Part shown: in pieces, positions 37,443-50,704 of the stretch
Layout of the letters: every line of letters begins with the position of its first letter
How positions within the stretch are numbered: the first letter of the stretch is position 1
The notes under the pieces: generated by a model
The model's database searches: none
Told to the model about the DNA's origin: nothing
The model's input: only the letters and a program-made list of their open reading frames with translations
Program-made: the position numbers and the translations under genes
Origin: Hamiltosporidium tvaerminnensis FI-OER-3-3
Lineage: Eukaryota > Fungi > Microsporidia
Assembly: GCA_022605425.2 (NCBI GenBank)
Contig: CM061251.1
Location: 744,001-808,000, forward strand
Length of the DNA: 64,000 nucleotides
Reading direction: 5' to 3'

Positions 37443-38452
37443 TTACGATCCTTGAGAATTCCGCTTTTATCCTTTTACTCTTTCAAAAATGTATGAAAAT
37501 GATCCAATAAAATTGTGTTACAATGTTTTGCTCCGATCGTGGTTTCATCTTAGTTTCAATACCGTCTGAGATATCAATAAAAGTTTTAAAATTAAAAAAT
37601 GTTTGAAATAATCAGCGAAATTTTAAAATCCGATTTAATGGAAAACATATTTTTATTGGAAATACGTAAAATTTTAATAAAAAATGAGTGATTATTACAA
37701 ATTATAACTAGTTTATTAACGAAAAAATATGTGATTGTAATCCTTAAAGATATTTAATATGTTATCGTTATATTAAGACATTGCGGAAATATACGAAACA
37801 GATTGATAAAACATGTATTGAATTTAAAACCGAAAGTTGAAAGATTTGATTTGAGTAACAAAGGGAGTAAAATACAAAAAATATAGAATCTCAAATTTTG
37901 TTTCAAGAATCCAAAACTTGTATCACTTTTCAATATAGTGATGTAGAAAAGTGCTTACAGAAGATCTTATCAACATAGTCTCTCTCAAATAAGATATACG
38001 ATTAATGTAAATAGTACATCTATGTAATAACATATCTCAACAGCCATGGGTTTTTTTCTCCCAAATTTATGTAAAATTTGTTCTAAAAAAGAAAATTCTA
38101 CATATAAATATCTATTCAGATCATTGATTTACACTTTTTGATGTTAGAAAGAGTACATATTTATATATAAACTTAAAGATTTTTGTATATATTTTAACAA
38201 ATAACATTATTTTAACAGTTAACATATTTTAACTAAAAACTAACAAAAAATATTCATTTTCATCTAAATCAACAATTCATTTCCTCTTTTAGTATTTAAT
38301 ATATTTAAAATTTTTTTAAAAAAATAAAAAAAAGTGTTCAAACTTAAGTACAAATAGTTCCTATTATTTACATAGAACTATTTTTTAATCAATTCTGATT
38401 TGATTGATGAGATATTTATTCGAAAATTTAATCTATATGGATGGCTAATAAT

Positions 38453-39519
38453 TTATTTAATAAAATTCTGGGTTAAAATATTTTGCACCTTTTTATATGT
38501 TTTCTTCTACCTCTTTAACCACTATTGTCTCTTCTTCCAAATCCGACTCTTCATTTATGTTATTGGTCGGTTCCTCCTTGTGAAATAAGGGGTGTATTAT
38601 TTTTTGGTTTTAAAGTTTTAACACCATCTTCCTCTCTTTTCGCTTCTTTTAAAGGGGGTATTGGTTCCTCATGCATCTCTGATCTCATAATAACACCCAT
38701 TGACGCTCTCTCCCAGCTCTCTTCGGCATTTAGTCCTGACTCGAATCCTCTTCGTCGATCAAAGGAAATTGTTTCGACTGTTTTCTTAAGTACTAAGGAC
38801 TTAAAGTATGCCTCTACATTCGTGGGTATTTCTAGTCTTTTAAGATGAGATTTATGGTATTTTGTCACAATACCGTCCCAGGTCATCACATAGGGGATTA
38901 TCTCAACACTACACTTATAAATAAGACCCAACTCTTTGGCTAGCAGGTCATACTTCCTAAGTTTTTCAGTTTCAACTATTTGAAGTGAATCTTGGGAAGT
39001 GATTCCTACTTCAATGAGTGTTATCTTATTCTTCTTCTTATCTAAAATAAATATGTCCGGTCTGTTATTCCGAATTTTAACATCAGTTTTAATTCTGGTG
39101 TCCACTCTTATCTCTGCATACTCATTATCAAGAATTTCTTGAACTGAGTGACTCCTAATTCGTTTTGAGGACTTAAACTTATATCTATTTAAGAGAAGTA
39201 AGTGTAGGCATCTAACCACTTCATTATGCCGTCTGGTATAGTCATGGCCTAGCATTTTTTCACATCTAGTTGCTAGATGATCCACAGTCTTACCAGACTT
39301 GCCGCAATGTTGACACACACCATCTGCTCCCCAGAATACATTTCTATCCTGGATATAGCAGAACACAGCTTCATTTCGTGGCCTAATATTCCCTCTCTTT
39401 AGCCATCTTGAAGAGTCACTAACACTCACAAGCTCATTTTTCCTTGCATTATATAACTTTGAATGGAGTTTTCGTTTTTCTATTTCGTTATATAGTTTTG
39501 CAAGTTGAGCTTCTTCTAA
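38453..39519 (-). mobile_element. 5'-truncated non-LTR retrotransposon with restriction-like endonuclease (R4/NeSL-type)
   Basis: CCHC knuckle CQHC..DHLATRC, RHN and RPD..IEV..K. Perfect 16-bp TSD ATGGATGGCTAATAAT at 38437-38452 and 39520-39535. Confidence 0.93.
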
Positions 39520-39880
39520 ATGGATGGCTAATAATACAATAATTTTATAATATTTTTGGTCATAAAATTCATATTTAATTTAATTACCATTTAAAATAGT
39601 ACAATTCTATTAATTATGAATATAGATATACGGAAAAGCACTAACTATAATATATATCTCTTATCTTGAATATTCAGTTCTTAATATTTGGTAAAACATA
39701 TTCTTTCATAGTTTAAAAGAAAATAATAACAAATATTTGTACCATAATTCATTCATTATATCCCCTGTTTTTATAATATATTTAAATATGTTTTATACGT
39801 ATATATTTATTTACTGTACACTTTAATTTGTCTTTTTCCATTAAAAGTTGATTTTTTTTACTATATCTATCTATATATCA

Positions 39881-40076
39881 TCATTTATATAATTCAGTAA
39901 TGTCCCGACGATGACTCACCTCGAAATGTTTAATTGGTTAAAAAAATATAATACTCCAATAAAAATGCTCCACTTAAGATATGTTTCTTTCTATTTGTTC
40001 ATAAAGTTTATGCTACTAATAATAGTGAGTAGAAGTGAACATAAAACAATTAAAAAGATTCGGTTGGTTGAAAAAT
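39881..40076 (+). repeat. Interspersed repeat family B
   Basis: Reverse complement of 46200-46398 and 54360-54563. Confidence 0.8.
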
Positions 40077-40129
40077 ATATTTGAAATAAACATTGATAAA
40101 ATTGCCCAGATTTAGGTATTTATTAAGAA

Positions 40130-43100
40130 ATAGTCGTTAAGCCCGTGGAAACGGACTCAATTATATATCAAAAAAGCTTAAATATTAAGTGAATCAAAGC
40201 ATAGTATAGAAATTCGCTTTTATCTTCTTTATATTGTTAAAATTCCTGCTTATTAAGCTGTTTTTTAAAATTAGAAAAGGTTTTCATTTTTATAAGAGGC
40301 AGTTAAGAAGATAGAAAATAATTAAAGGGAAGCAAGAAATTTTAATTTACAAAGATATTGCATATATATTCTACTTCGGATCAAAAATAATAAAAAATTA
40401 CATAAGTAATTAAAGTAAGTCATTTATTTATCTTTGAATTTTTGTTTTTTAAAATAAATTTTATCCAACCTGGAACAAATTAATTTTTATATTGTTTACA
40501 TTAAAATAATAAGATTTTAGACTTCTAAAATATTTTCAGTCAAAAAGAATAGCGCTTGTAACTTATATATGCACAGTTTTCCAAAACCGCTTTATACACA
40601 ACATTTTTTGTAAATATTTTGTCACTTCCAGGCAAAATTTTACCTTGCTCAGCCGTATCTTTAATATAAACTTAAACATTATTTGAACTTCTAACCCTAG
40701 AAAAGCAAAATAGTGTTTCCCATGACCAAAAACAGGCGTTGGTAGAAAAATACTAATCTTGTCTAGTGTTCGACCAGGAGCTTTGTTTATTTTCATAGCG
40801 AAAGCCAACCTGATCAAGAATTGTCTTCGTTTAAGTTGAAATGGCTGACCTGCATCTGATTTCAAATCGATTCTTGGAAGAAATATATAATCTTAATTTA
40901 CACAATCGGTCAATAATTTATTTACACTGAGATTCAGCTTCATTTCACATACAATTAGCCTAGTTCCGTTACAAAACCCTCTTTCTGTATTCAAATTTCT
41001 AAGAAGCATAGTAATAGCGCCTTTTTTAAGATAAAGAGCGTGAGGAAGAGTTCCAGAAGGCGTAAGAAAATTTAAAAACTCAAATGAATGATCAGTTACA
41101 TCACCAGTATCATCACTATTAAGACTATCTGTACTTAAATAAGTTTTTTTCTCGCCCTGAAGAATATAGAGTACACTTTGATTGATTTTATTAACTTCTT
41201 CATTTGTGTGCGTTAGAATTACCTTCTTGGAAAATTTACAGACCGTATTTACGAATAGTATTTCGCCAAAAATATCTTTGACAATATCTTTAGAAATCAT
41301 ATGAGATGAGATTTCAATTAAAGTTTTTTCTAAACAATCAGTATTCATAAGTTGTCTATTGCCAAGTTTAATTAGCCATTCACTATACCGCTTGTCTTTC
41401 GCCCGAATATTGTTACGAAGTTTCAATATTTTAAAGTCATTCTACAAAGAGCAATACTTTATGCTAGCATGAACAAAATCCGAGGCTTGAGCTCCGGGTA
41501 TCACGGGCATACACTGTCTATAACCACGATCCAATATTATTACTTTTCCATCAAAACTTAATCGAGATTTACATTGAATGTCTTTCAATAATCTATCTTT
41601 ACTTTGCAGGGCGAAAGCTGTAGCCAGGATAGCTTCATCCCATATAATCAGAGAAGAATCATGAATTTCTCATCCTTCGCTCGAGTTTAGTTTAACACCA
41701 CAAACAGACGTTTCTTTAAGAATCAGTGGAACTTTAAATCTTGAATGATATGTTCTTCCTTTATGTAGTAAGTTTGCTGCTATTTCTGATAAGGCAACTA
41801 TAATAGTTCTTCCACTTCGTTTTATTGCATAATACAATGCTTTATAAAAATAAGTTTTTCCGCTACCTCTTGGTTCGTCTAAAAAGAAACACTTTTTTTC
41901 GTTATTGCTGTTATTTAATGCGGTCATAATTTGTTCAAAAGCTATTCTTTGGTCTTCATTGTATGTTTCTTAATATTTAAAATTTTCTTCTTCATCGAAT
42001 GTAGCACATTGTCGTAGAAGATTAGTCGGAGGGTTTTCTAATCCAAAATTTCTACAGCGTTTTCCGTGTGTATTAAAAATCTTACTTTATCATTCAAAGC
42101 ATAATTAAGATACGATTCGCAAAATGTTTCAACGGCATGCCGATGAAAGCGGCAATTTTCTTCGATAAGATTATCTTTGTGATTTGTTCATAATTTTGAA
42201 ATTTCTGTAACATCACTAAAAAGACATATATGCGAAAAAATCTCTTATCTTTTTCGGTATTTTCATTGTTACTGCATCATTAAAGTTTCGTTCTAAAATT
42301 TTTCATCATTTTCAACCCTTTCGCTCTAGCTGCGTCAAAATAATTTTTATAAGTTTTTCCGTCCGCTGTCCTCAAATATTCGAATGAAGTGGCTCCCAGT
42401 ATATGCCATAACAAAATTCTTAGTAATATAACTCGTAGTTCAATATACTGATAGGTAAGATTCTTCCGATACAGTTTTTTGCGTTTCTGATTCGAGGTAG
42501 CCCCATCTGGTTTTTTCAGACAAAGTTCTCGGAGATTTCGACACGTTTTAAATGACAGTACTGACTATATTCCCTATTTAGTTTCAACCAAGCTGTTAAA
42601 GTGATGTATATATTTATAGATATAGATTCTTTTATTCTTTGTTCATCTGATGAAAAAATATATTGTGTTCTCGTTCAAGATAAACAGCTAGTTTTTCAAC
42701 AGTGTGGCTTTGTTCATGTGTAGAAAATTTAAAAATTCTCCAGACTGCTTCATGCGGACTTACAGATTTTGAATCTTTATGATTTTTAATTTCGTCGAAT
42801 TGAAAACTAATATTTGCCCGATCGAATTCTTTGTAAGCATAGCCAAATAAATATTTTACAGTTTTAAATGAAGCACATATATCAACATTTATATGGCAGT
42901 TATATTTTAAGGAAAGATATGGACTATAAGGAATATCCCAGCTATTATAAACATGATTTTTCAGAATTTTAACTGAATTCTTTTTTCGTCTATGATAAAG
43001 AGGGTATCTGTCGAATTTTAAAACAGTGTATTCTTGAAATTTTTTTAAAAATGATTTACTACATATATTTTCAACCATGCAAGATGAATATGACAAAAAT

Positions 43101-45613
43101 CCACAGGGTCCATGAATCATATTTTTAGTTATTATACTAAATAATCCAGGGTGAATATTTTTATCAGAAATTTCTGCCGAGACTATCTTATCAAGTAATG
43201 CTGAATCGCGAGGCTTATAATTCTCTACTAAAGTTATCAAAATATGAGCATGAGGTAATCCTCTTTTTTGAAATTCTATGACATAGCAATATACATTTAC
43301 TTTTCCAAAAATTATATTTCTTCTAATATCTGTCATCAAGGGCTTAAGCTTTTGTCTAAAGACTCTATCCACTAAATCAGGCCTATTCTCACGTTTTTCA
43401 TTTACATCTATATTTTCAGATATTTCAGCATTGTTTGGATTGCAAGTCATAGTAATGAAACAATCGGGTTTCCCATACTTTCTAACTATTGCTATAGCTC
43501 TTGATATTTCTGCTGCAGGATTCGAGGACTGCCTGAAAATGTTGAAGGCAAAATTACTCTTTTTCCTACAGGAATGCCTTCTTTACTAGCTTGATTTCAA
43601 TATACTGAATTAAATCATTATTTTTCGGCTCGAAGCTTTTTTTGATGTGTTAGAGCATAATTCAAATCATCGACTTCAGCTTTGCAATATGCATCTACTA
43701 CATACTGTTGAGTCAATCTCCCTGCTCTTAAAAGTGGGTCTAATTCATCTCTTAATTGCAAGTAATAGGAATAATATTGTTTAAGCGTAACATTTTTATG
43801 AGCGTTGACGCCTTTTCGTCTTGCATTATAAAGTTTTATATTAACCCCCCAAGTTTGTTCTCCATATGAAAACAAAAGTGTATAAGATAAAGCATCTAGA
43901 TTTCTATGCCTGTATTCTATACGACGTGTTTCTGGAATTGTAGTATCTTCCGGCCTAAGATGTACCAGTAAGTCTCTATCGATAGGAGGTTCTCCGTCTC
44001 CACTCACAAAAACCACCGCTACTTCATTACAGCGTTGAGCATTATATCTTCTCAGATCAGTTTTTCGATTTTGCACTATTGCCATTTGAATTTGTGTTTC
44101 TATATTAGGCTTTAAATATTTTTGGGCTTCTTCAGCTTCATACATCATTTTGAAAGCATGCGCAAAAAGATTAGATTTCATTAGACTAGATATTTTTTTC
44201 ATAGGTCTTAAGCAACACATTTTATTTACTGGTTCATTTATCCTTTCGTTATTTGCTGTATCTTAATCAAGAATGTATAATTAGGCATATTGTCTGCTAT
44301 GATTTTTGGCTGGATGCAGGGTACCCGAAAGATGACACATTTGTTCATGAATACGGTAACAAAATAGACTGAACCCTCGAGGAATTTTAAAATTTGCTCC
44401 AATCGAGACAAAGCAAAAGCACTATTATATGATCTTATATTTATTAAAAATTTATTTGAATCGGCATCTTCGAAGCTCATTAATTTTTGAAGCGTCTCAT
44501 GTACTTAAGATTTGGCAATTTAATAGATCCTTGATTGCAACATATATTAAAGAGTTTTGATGCTGGTATTTCACCTTTGAAAAATTTAGCTTGGCATCTG
44601 TGACAGGTTTTTACTTATCCGCCAAGATGATGTTATTAATTTTGTTTTTCATCAAATTCTGTCAATTCATTTAATGCAATGCATAAAGGTTGCTCTGTCA
44701 TAAGTCGTTTTCTAGAAATTCTATGTGAATTTTTATTTCTTTGCGTTTCCTTGCTAGCATTTTTAGCGGTTCTATTTTTCCTTAAATTTTGTAGCCTTAG
44801 TCTTTCTAAATGTCTCTCTTCTTCTGATTTATTTTCCCTAGGAGCTATCAGCCGTGTTAAATCTGCCTTCCTCTCCTCTTCTGATATATTTTCTCTCAAA
44901 GCTTTAAGCCGTGCTAACTTTGCCTTCCTCTCCTCTTCTGATTTATTTTCTCTAAAACATTTATCCTTAATTTTTCTGCATTTCTCTCCTCCTCAGATTT
45001 ATTTTCCCAAAGAGCCCTCATCCTTAAACTTTCTAAATTTCTCTGCTCTTCAGATTTATTTTCTCTTAAGCTTTTAACCGAGCTATCTCGGTATTTCTCT
45101 CTTTTTCTGATATATTTTATCTCAGAGTTTTAAGTCGCAATAGTTCGGATTTTTTCATCTTCTGATCTATTCTCCCTTAATGTTTTAAGTCGCTCTAGAT
45201 CTTTATGTCTGTTTTGTGCTGAAAGATTTTTTCTTTTGGTTTATCAAGTTCTGCTCTTTTTTGTTTAGCTTCTAAGATATGTGCGGATTTTTCTTCGTCT
45301 GAATAAATTTGCTTTGTTCGTGGCATTATGTAACACTTAGTGAGGTAATTATATAAATTTATCTTTTCTGGAAGCGTTTTGGTTTACCCCAATGTTATTT
45401 TTTTATGATATTAATCGAAACAAAAATATTATATTCGTTGATTTTTGGTTAATGGTACTCTCTATGGTTATATTTAAGTTATGGTAAGATCTCTTACTCT
45501 TCTGATGAAATAAAACTTCATTAAGTTAGTGTTGCTAACAAACGAGAATTTTATTTTTTAATTTGATTAAGTTATCGATTATGAAAAATAAAAATTATCC
45601 TTTACTTTATAGA
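40130..45613 (-). mobile_element. Helitron with a fragmented Rep-Helicase ORF (ATG 45326)
   Basis: Rep motifs FITMTCNP and EFQKRGLPHAHIL; Pif1 helicase motifs GSGKT, IIWDEA, GFCNGTRL and RRQF..RLAFAM.INK. 3' hairpin GTCCGT-TTCC-ACGGGC followed by CTA(T) at ~40130. Inferred 5' A|TCTAT at 45613. Confidence 0.9.
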
Positions 45614-46060
45614 TTTATTGCGTACTAATAAAATTTTTTTAAAATAAGATTAAATAAAAATTCGCAAAAAAAAATTATCTCATTCGTCAGCTAGCTTGAA
45701 TTTACTGCTTTCTTTGGTTTAAAATATTCTTTATTTTGAATTTTTTGTTTATATTTCGAAACAGAGTTTCATTTCTATTCATAGAATTCCGATGTTTTGA
45801 ATGTATAAATATTACTTTTGATTACTTACTGATGCCTTCTCATCACATTAATGTACATTTAGAGGATTATTTTTTAGATGCATGAAGTATGTTTATCACT
45901 CGTTCCTGATTCCGTAATATTTTCCTCCGATTCGAAATTTTTCTTCGTGTAAAATAAAAGATTTAAATAATTTTTGACTACTATTGAGTGAATAAATAAT
46001 CTCATTAGCCAAATTTTAAATATATACATCATTTATAGTTAATCTATCCTTAAATTCTTA

Positions 46061-46398
46061 GAAAATAAATCTTAACCAAGTGATTTAATTGTTTTTAAAC
46101 AGAATACTTTAGAAAAATAAAAAAATATATTTATTGTTTTTCATTCCATATTAATACAGTCTAGAAAAGATTTTTACAATTTTTATTTCAAAAATTTTTC
46201 AGCCAATAGAATCTTTTTAATTGTTTTATGTCCACTTCTATTCACTATTATTTGTTGTATAAGATTTATGAACAAATAGAAAGAAACATATCTTAATTGG
46301 AGCATTCATATTGGTGTATTATATTTTTTTTAACCAATTAAACATTTCGAGGTAAGTCATCGTCGTCGTCGTCGGGACATTCTAAATTATATAAATGA
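46061..46398 (-). repeat. Interspersed repeat family B, long copy
   Basis: Near-identical direct repeat of 54229-54563. Confidence 0.9.
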
Positions 46399-47399
46399 CT
46401 AGATAGCATTGAATTAGCCTAAAGATGTCTCATATATTGCTAGAAACAGAACCAAAAAAAATATAAAACAGATGAAAAGCTAGCTAAAACGCTTTTTTTT
46501 TTTAAAACATAATTTAAGACTAAGCTAAATGTCTCTTGCGGAGTGTTAGATTGATCATTATTGTATTACATGGTAGTAAGACACACGGACTTAGATACTT
46601 TATCGCAAGTACGTTTTGAAGAGAAAGGCTGGATGAAAACAATGATTTTCATTTATTTGACCAAAAGTAAGATTAAATTGTTGTCAAAAATGCCTTGACT
46701 GCAAAATATAAAAAAATTAAAACAAAAAGACATAACAGAGGCTTACAAAGTACTGGATTTAGCTAAAAAAGCATAAATTAATATAATTTCGTATTAAATA
46801 AATTAATACGTTGCAATTTGCAGAAAATGTTTTATATAAACCACAATAAATAAAAAAAATTTGCAATTTTTTTTTATAATTTCCCCAGAAATTCTTTCCA
46901 ATTCATCAAATTCTCGCTTGGTTGTGTTAAATTACATAAACCAAGCTTGATTTTTACAAGCTGTAAAATACTTTCGCTCGATTAAAACACAATATCTGGT
47001 TATGATATTGTTGTATTTTGTATTTTCTTCTATTACATGATTTTATTTGTTTAATGTCATTTTAACAATTGATATTCCATCTATTTCAAAGAATGGTCTG
47101 GTTATGGCATTTCGTGGGAGAAGAGAAACGCAAATAATAAAATATAACTAGCATAAATCTATTTTTAAAGTTTTAAATTATTCTAGCTTCTCTAACTAAA
47201 TACAATTAACGCTATATAACTTTAACAAAGCTTCCGAGACTATTGGTTTAGACAAAAGGTGAGACATTCATAGCAGAGTAATACTAATTAAGTACATTAT
47301 TTTTCATTTCTTTGTATTCGTTTTTTTTACTTTTCGAAATATTTATCTTTACTATTTTAAAATAAAATAAATGGTCTAGTATGAATAAACAGATAAACA

Positions 47400-48075
47400 C
47401 TATGTGCTTGTCAATGAGTAGCTGAAAATTATGGGAGATAATTGTTTTGATTTTTGATAGAATAAAGAATGCAGTGTGTTATCTCTTTTCCTAGCGAATT
47501 TGTATATTTTTGAGAAGTTTTATAAAATAATTAATCTTTCTACGGTGAATTTATAATTTTTAATGTTACTAGGTCGAAAACCACGAAAATCTTTTAGTAA
47601 TTGATGTTCAAAGGCATGCAAACGTAGCCACGCTTATTCAAATTAGAAGACACTGCTCTAGAGTAGAAGCGAAAAGAATAACCTCTGTTAAATTCGAAAG
47701 CCAAGTATAAGGCTGAATATGTTATTATAATATTTCCACTCTAACTTCAAATCCATGTTAGTTGCCGAGATAAATCCTAGCTGGATGTATAATCAGTTCA
47801 GAAAAGTCAGAGTATGTAAAATTCTGCCGGTCTTCTGGATTCAAGTATAATTTTGGCTTACGATAGATACTCGAATTCAAACATTAACAACTAAAAGCAA
47901 ACTCATAGTCAATTAAATGAATCCAAGGCTCTTTTAAATAAAAGGTGTGCTGATGGCAACGGGGGGAGTACTAATCGAGTTTCATGAGAAGCGATTATCT
48001 GTTTTAAAGCCAAAACCGTCTTGCTGAATGAAATTAATATAACATATACCGCTTTTTAAAAGCGGGTGTTATGTA
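47400..48075 (-). repeat. Interspersed repeat family A, strongly diverged
   Basis: GCATG.AAAC.TAGC..TTAGAAGAC, CCATGT.A..TAGCT.GA and ATGAAA..AATATAAC occur in family-A order. Confidence 0.55.
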
Positions 48076-48550
48076 TTTATTAAAAACTAAATTGCTATTC
48101 TCAAAAAATTAAAAGATAGTAGAAATGAATTTGTAGTTTTTTTTATATAAATATCTTGAATAAAAATAAATAGTCTATAAAATCAAAAATAAAGTAAATT
48201 AAATAAACAAATATAAAATATATCTAAAAGTATAAGAATCTTTCATTCAAGATTGATTCTACTTTGATACTCTTGCACAAATATTTTTCGATAATTCGCC
48301 AATAATTGTGAATTTGACGCAACACGAATGATAACTACCATGTTCAAATATATTCCGAATATAATTTTCAAAAATCAATTTGAAATTTTGGTTATATTAG
48401 AGCTTTTTGCAAGACTTACTCGATCTTGACGAAAAAAACTATATTGTTGCAATGATTATCGAAAAATTTTCGTTTTAGAAACATAAGTTATATGCTCACT
48501 ACAAGATGATTAAATTTATCGCGTTTCTATGTAATGTTGATAAATTGATG

Positions 48551-49087
48551 ATTCTCAATAATAATTGCACAAAACAATTTCGCTCGAATAGCTTCGTGGA
48601 ACTTTATACTTGATTAAATTAAAAGATTTTTTTTATAAAAATAACTAAGTATTTATACAATAAACAAATTAACCAATAGCATATAGCTAAAAGAACGGTA
48701 CTTTCAGACAAATAAAACACTGTAAAAGAAATATTTCTTTGGTATAAAATACAGAATGGAATTAAAATAGGTGGAAGATGAAAAGAACAAACATAAAATG
48801 CCGAGCTGAAGTTCTGAAAAATTTGAAGTAAATATAAACGAAGAAGGGAAATATGCAAGTTAAAAAAGCCTAAATTTTTATTGTGAAATTGCTAAAAGCG
48901 GATAATAATTTTGAACTAAAAGATTAAAATATGAGAGAAACAGACCAGTATAGCATAAGAAATTCTTATTGAAAAACTAGGAAACTACAACTCAGTTAGT
49001 GAAGTTTAAGATTATCTTCGGCATTTTTTTCTTATGAATATAAAGGGATGTTCGTTATTCGAGCTTAATATCTAGTAATTCATATAA
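48551..49087 (+). repeat. Family C; left arm of a ~540-bp inverted repeat
   Basis: Near-identical reverse complement of 53615-54153. Confidence 0.92.
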
Positions 49088-49124
49088 AAAATGAATGTAT
49101 GTGTGGGTGTTTAAAGACTGTAAA

Positions 49125-49425
49125 TAAAGGGTGTTGTTTTCCTAAAAAAGTGGTATTGTTTTCATCTGGAGGTAGATAAACTAAAGGGTTAATTATAAGA
49201 TTTTTAAAAGGTGTTAATATGTTTGGTAATTAAAATGGTGTTAATATATACCGTACTATGTTAAAGGGGGTTAATAAATTTATATTAGGCTAACCGGTTG
49301 TTAATATAGATTGTTGTCTGCTAAAGGAGGTTAATATAACAAGAAATATGGACTAGGGTGTTATTTGAGAGGGTAAAGCCCTAAAGGGTGTTAATAATAT
49401 ACAAGTATTATTAAAGAGGGGATTT
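49125..49425 (+). repeat. 30-nt-period array of a conserved core (TAAAGGGTGTTAATA) with variable intervening sequence
   Basis: Units start at 49231, 49261, 49291, 49321, 49351, 49381 and 49411, with irregular units at ~49125, 49181 and 49205. Confidence 0.8.
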
Positions 49426-50704
49426 ACTGTTTCCTCACATTTTAGCGGTTCCAACGGATAAGCTATTTAAAAGTATGAATTTCTTTACGACTCACCCTTT
49501 GAAAGGCAATGATTCGCACAAGAGTAAACATTGCAGTGTATAGAATAAATTTGGGGAAAACGTTCTTTTCACATGAAAACTCTATGTAGCCACTTCAATC
49601 ATGGAAATCTCTTCCTATTTTTTTCCTTTAGACGCAAAAAAAAGAATATTATTGTACAAAATCACTAGAAAAAATAAATTAATACTTTTCAAATTAATCA
49701 ACCAATGTATGTTTTTATTTTTGTTATACTTGATTCTACTGTCTTTTATAATCGCAGCAAGACTTGGTGGTAAGATAGTGGTAAATAAAACCTATTATGA
49801 AACCAAATATTTTTGATAAAAAAATGTGCATTTTTTGGTGATTTATATTCTTAATAAGAATCAAATCTTTTTACTTTTATAAAAAGCCAAAGTGCAAGAA
49901 AAAAAATATTGCATAATTCTAATCTATATTTTAATTACATACATATTTAGCAAATTTATCTAGAAAATATTTTTCTGTATTTAAGCTCAGAAAAAAGAAA
50001 GTACGAATTAACCAATTAAATTATTGATTAACTTCTTTTAAATAAAAAAATTATATTTTTGTTAAATTTTAAAATATCAATCATTTGCTTCAATGATTAT
50101 ATTATCAGATTAAAAATAAAACATGATTTTCGAATTATATTTGCTAAATAAAGCAATTTAGAATTGGTAGAACCAATCTTAAGTTGTTTTGTGTATTTTA
50201 TTTTTATAGTTGTTTGTTATAATTTTTGAGTTCATGAGAAATAATTTTTTAAATAGAGCTGCAACTCTCATATTTTCAAAATACAAAATTTGCACATAAT
50301 TAAAGATTTAAATGTTTTACTTACACCCAGAATATACTTAGAATCTATTCTTCATTTATAAAACTCCTAAAAAAAACTTTTCATTTTATATTTTTAAGTA
50401 ATTTAATAATTTTCTAACAGGTTTATGATGAAAAGATATTTGTATTTGGTTTGATACTGTTTGCGTCAATGTATAAAAACATAATAATTTTTTACAATAT
50501 TTTAATTGATCAAATAAAAAGATAAATAAATCAGATTACAAATTTACCAAAAACTTTATTCGATCAAAGTTTTATAAAGAACCAATAAAAAAACGAAAGT
50601 TTTTCTAAAAAAATGTTATTCTATTTTTAATTAATTATATTGAAAAATAAGATTTACGTTTTTTGACAAATTATCAAATATATAAGTTGAAAATATTTTA
50701 TATC

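Noticed and set aside
49125-49425. CRISPR array call
   Set aside because: Cores are only ~15 nt and degenerate, spacers are too short, there are no cas genes and the genome is eukaryotic. Kept as an unexplained array.
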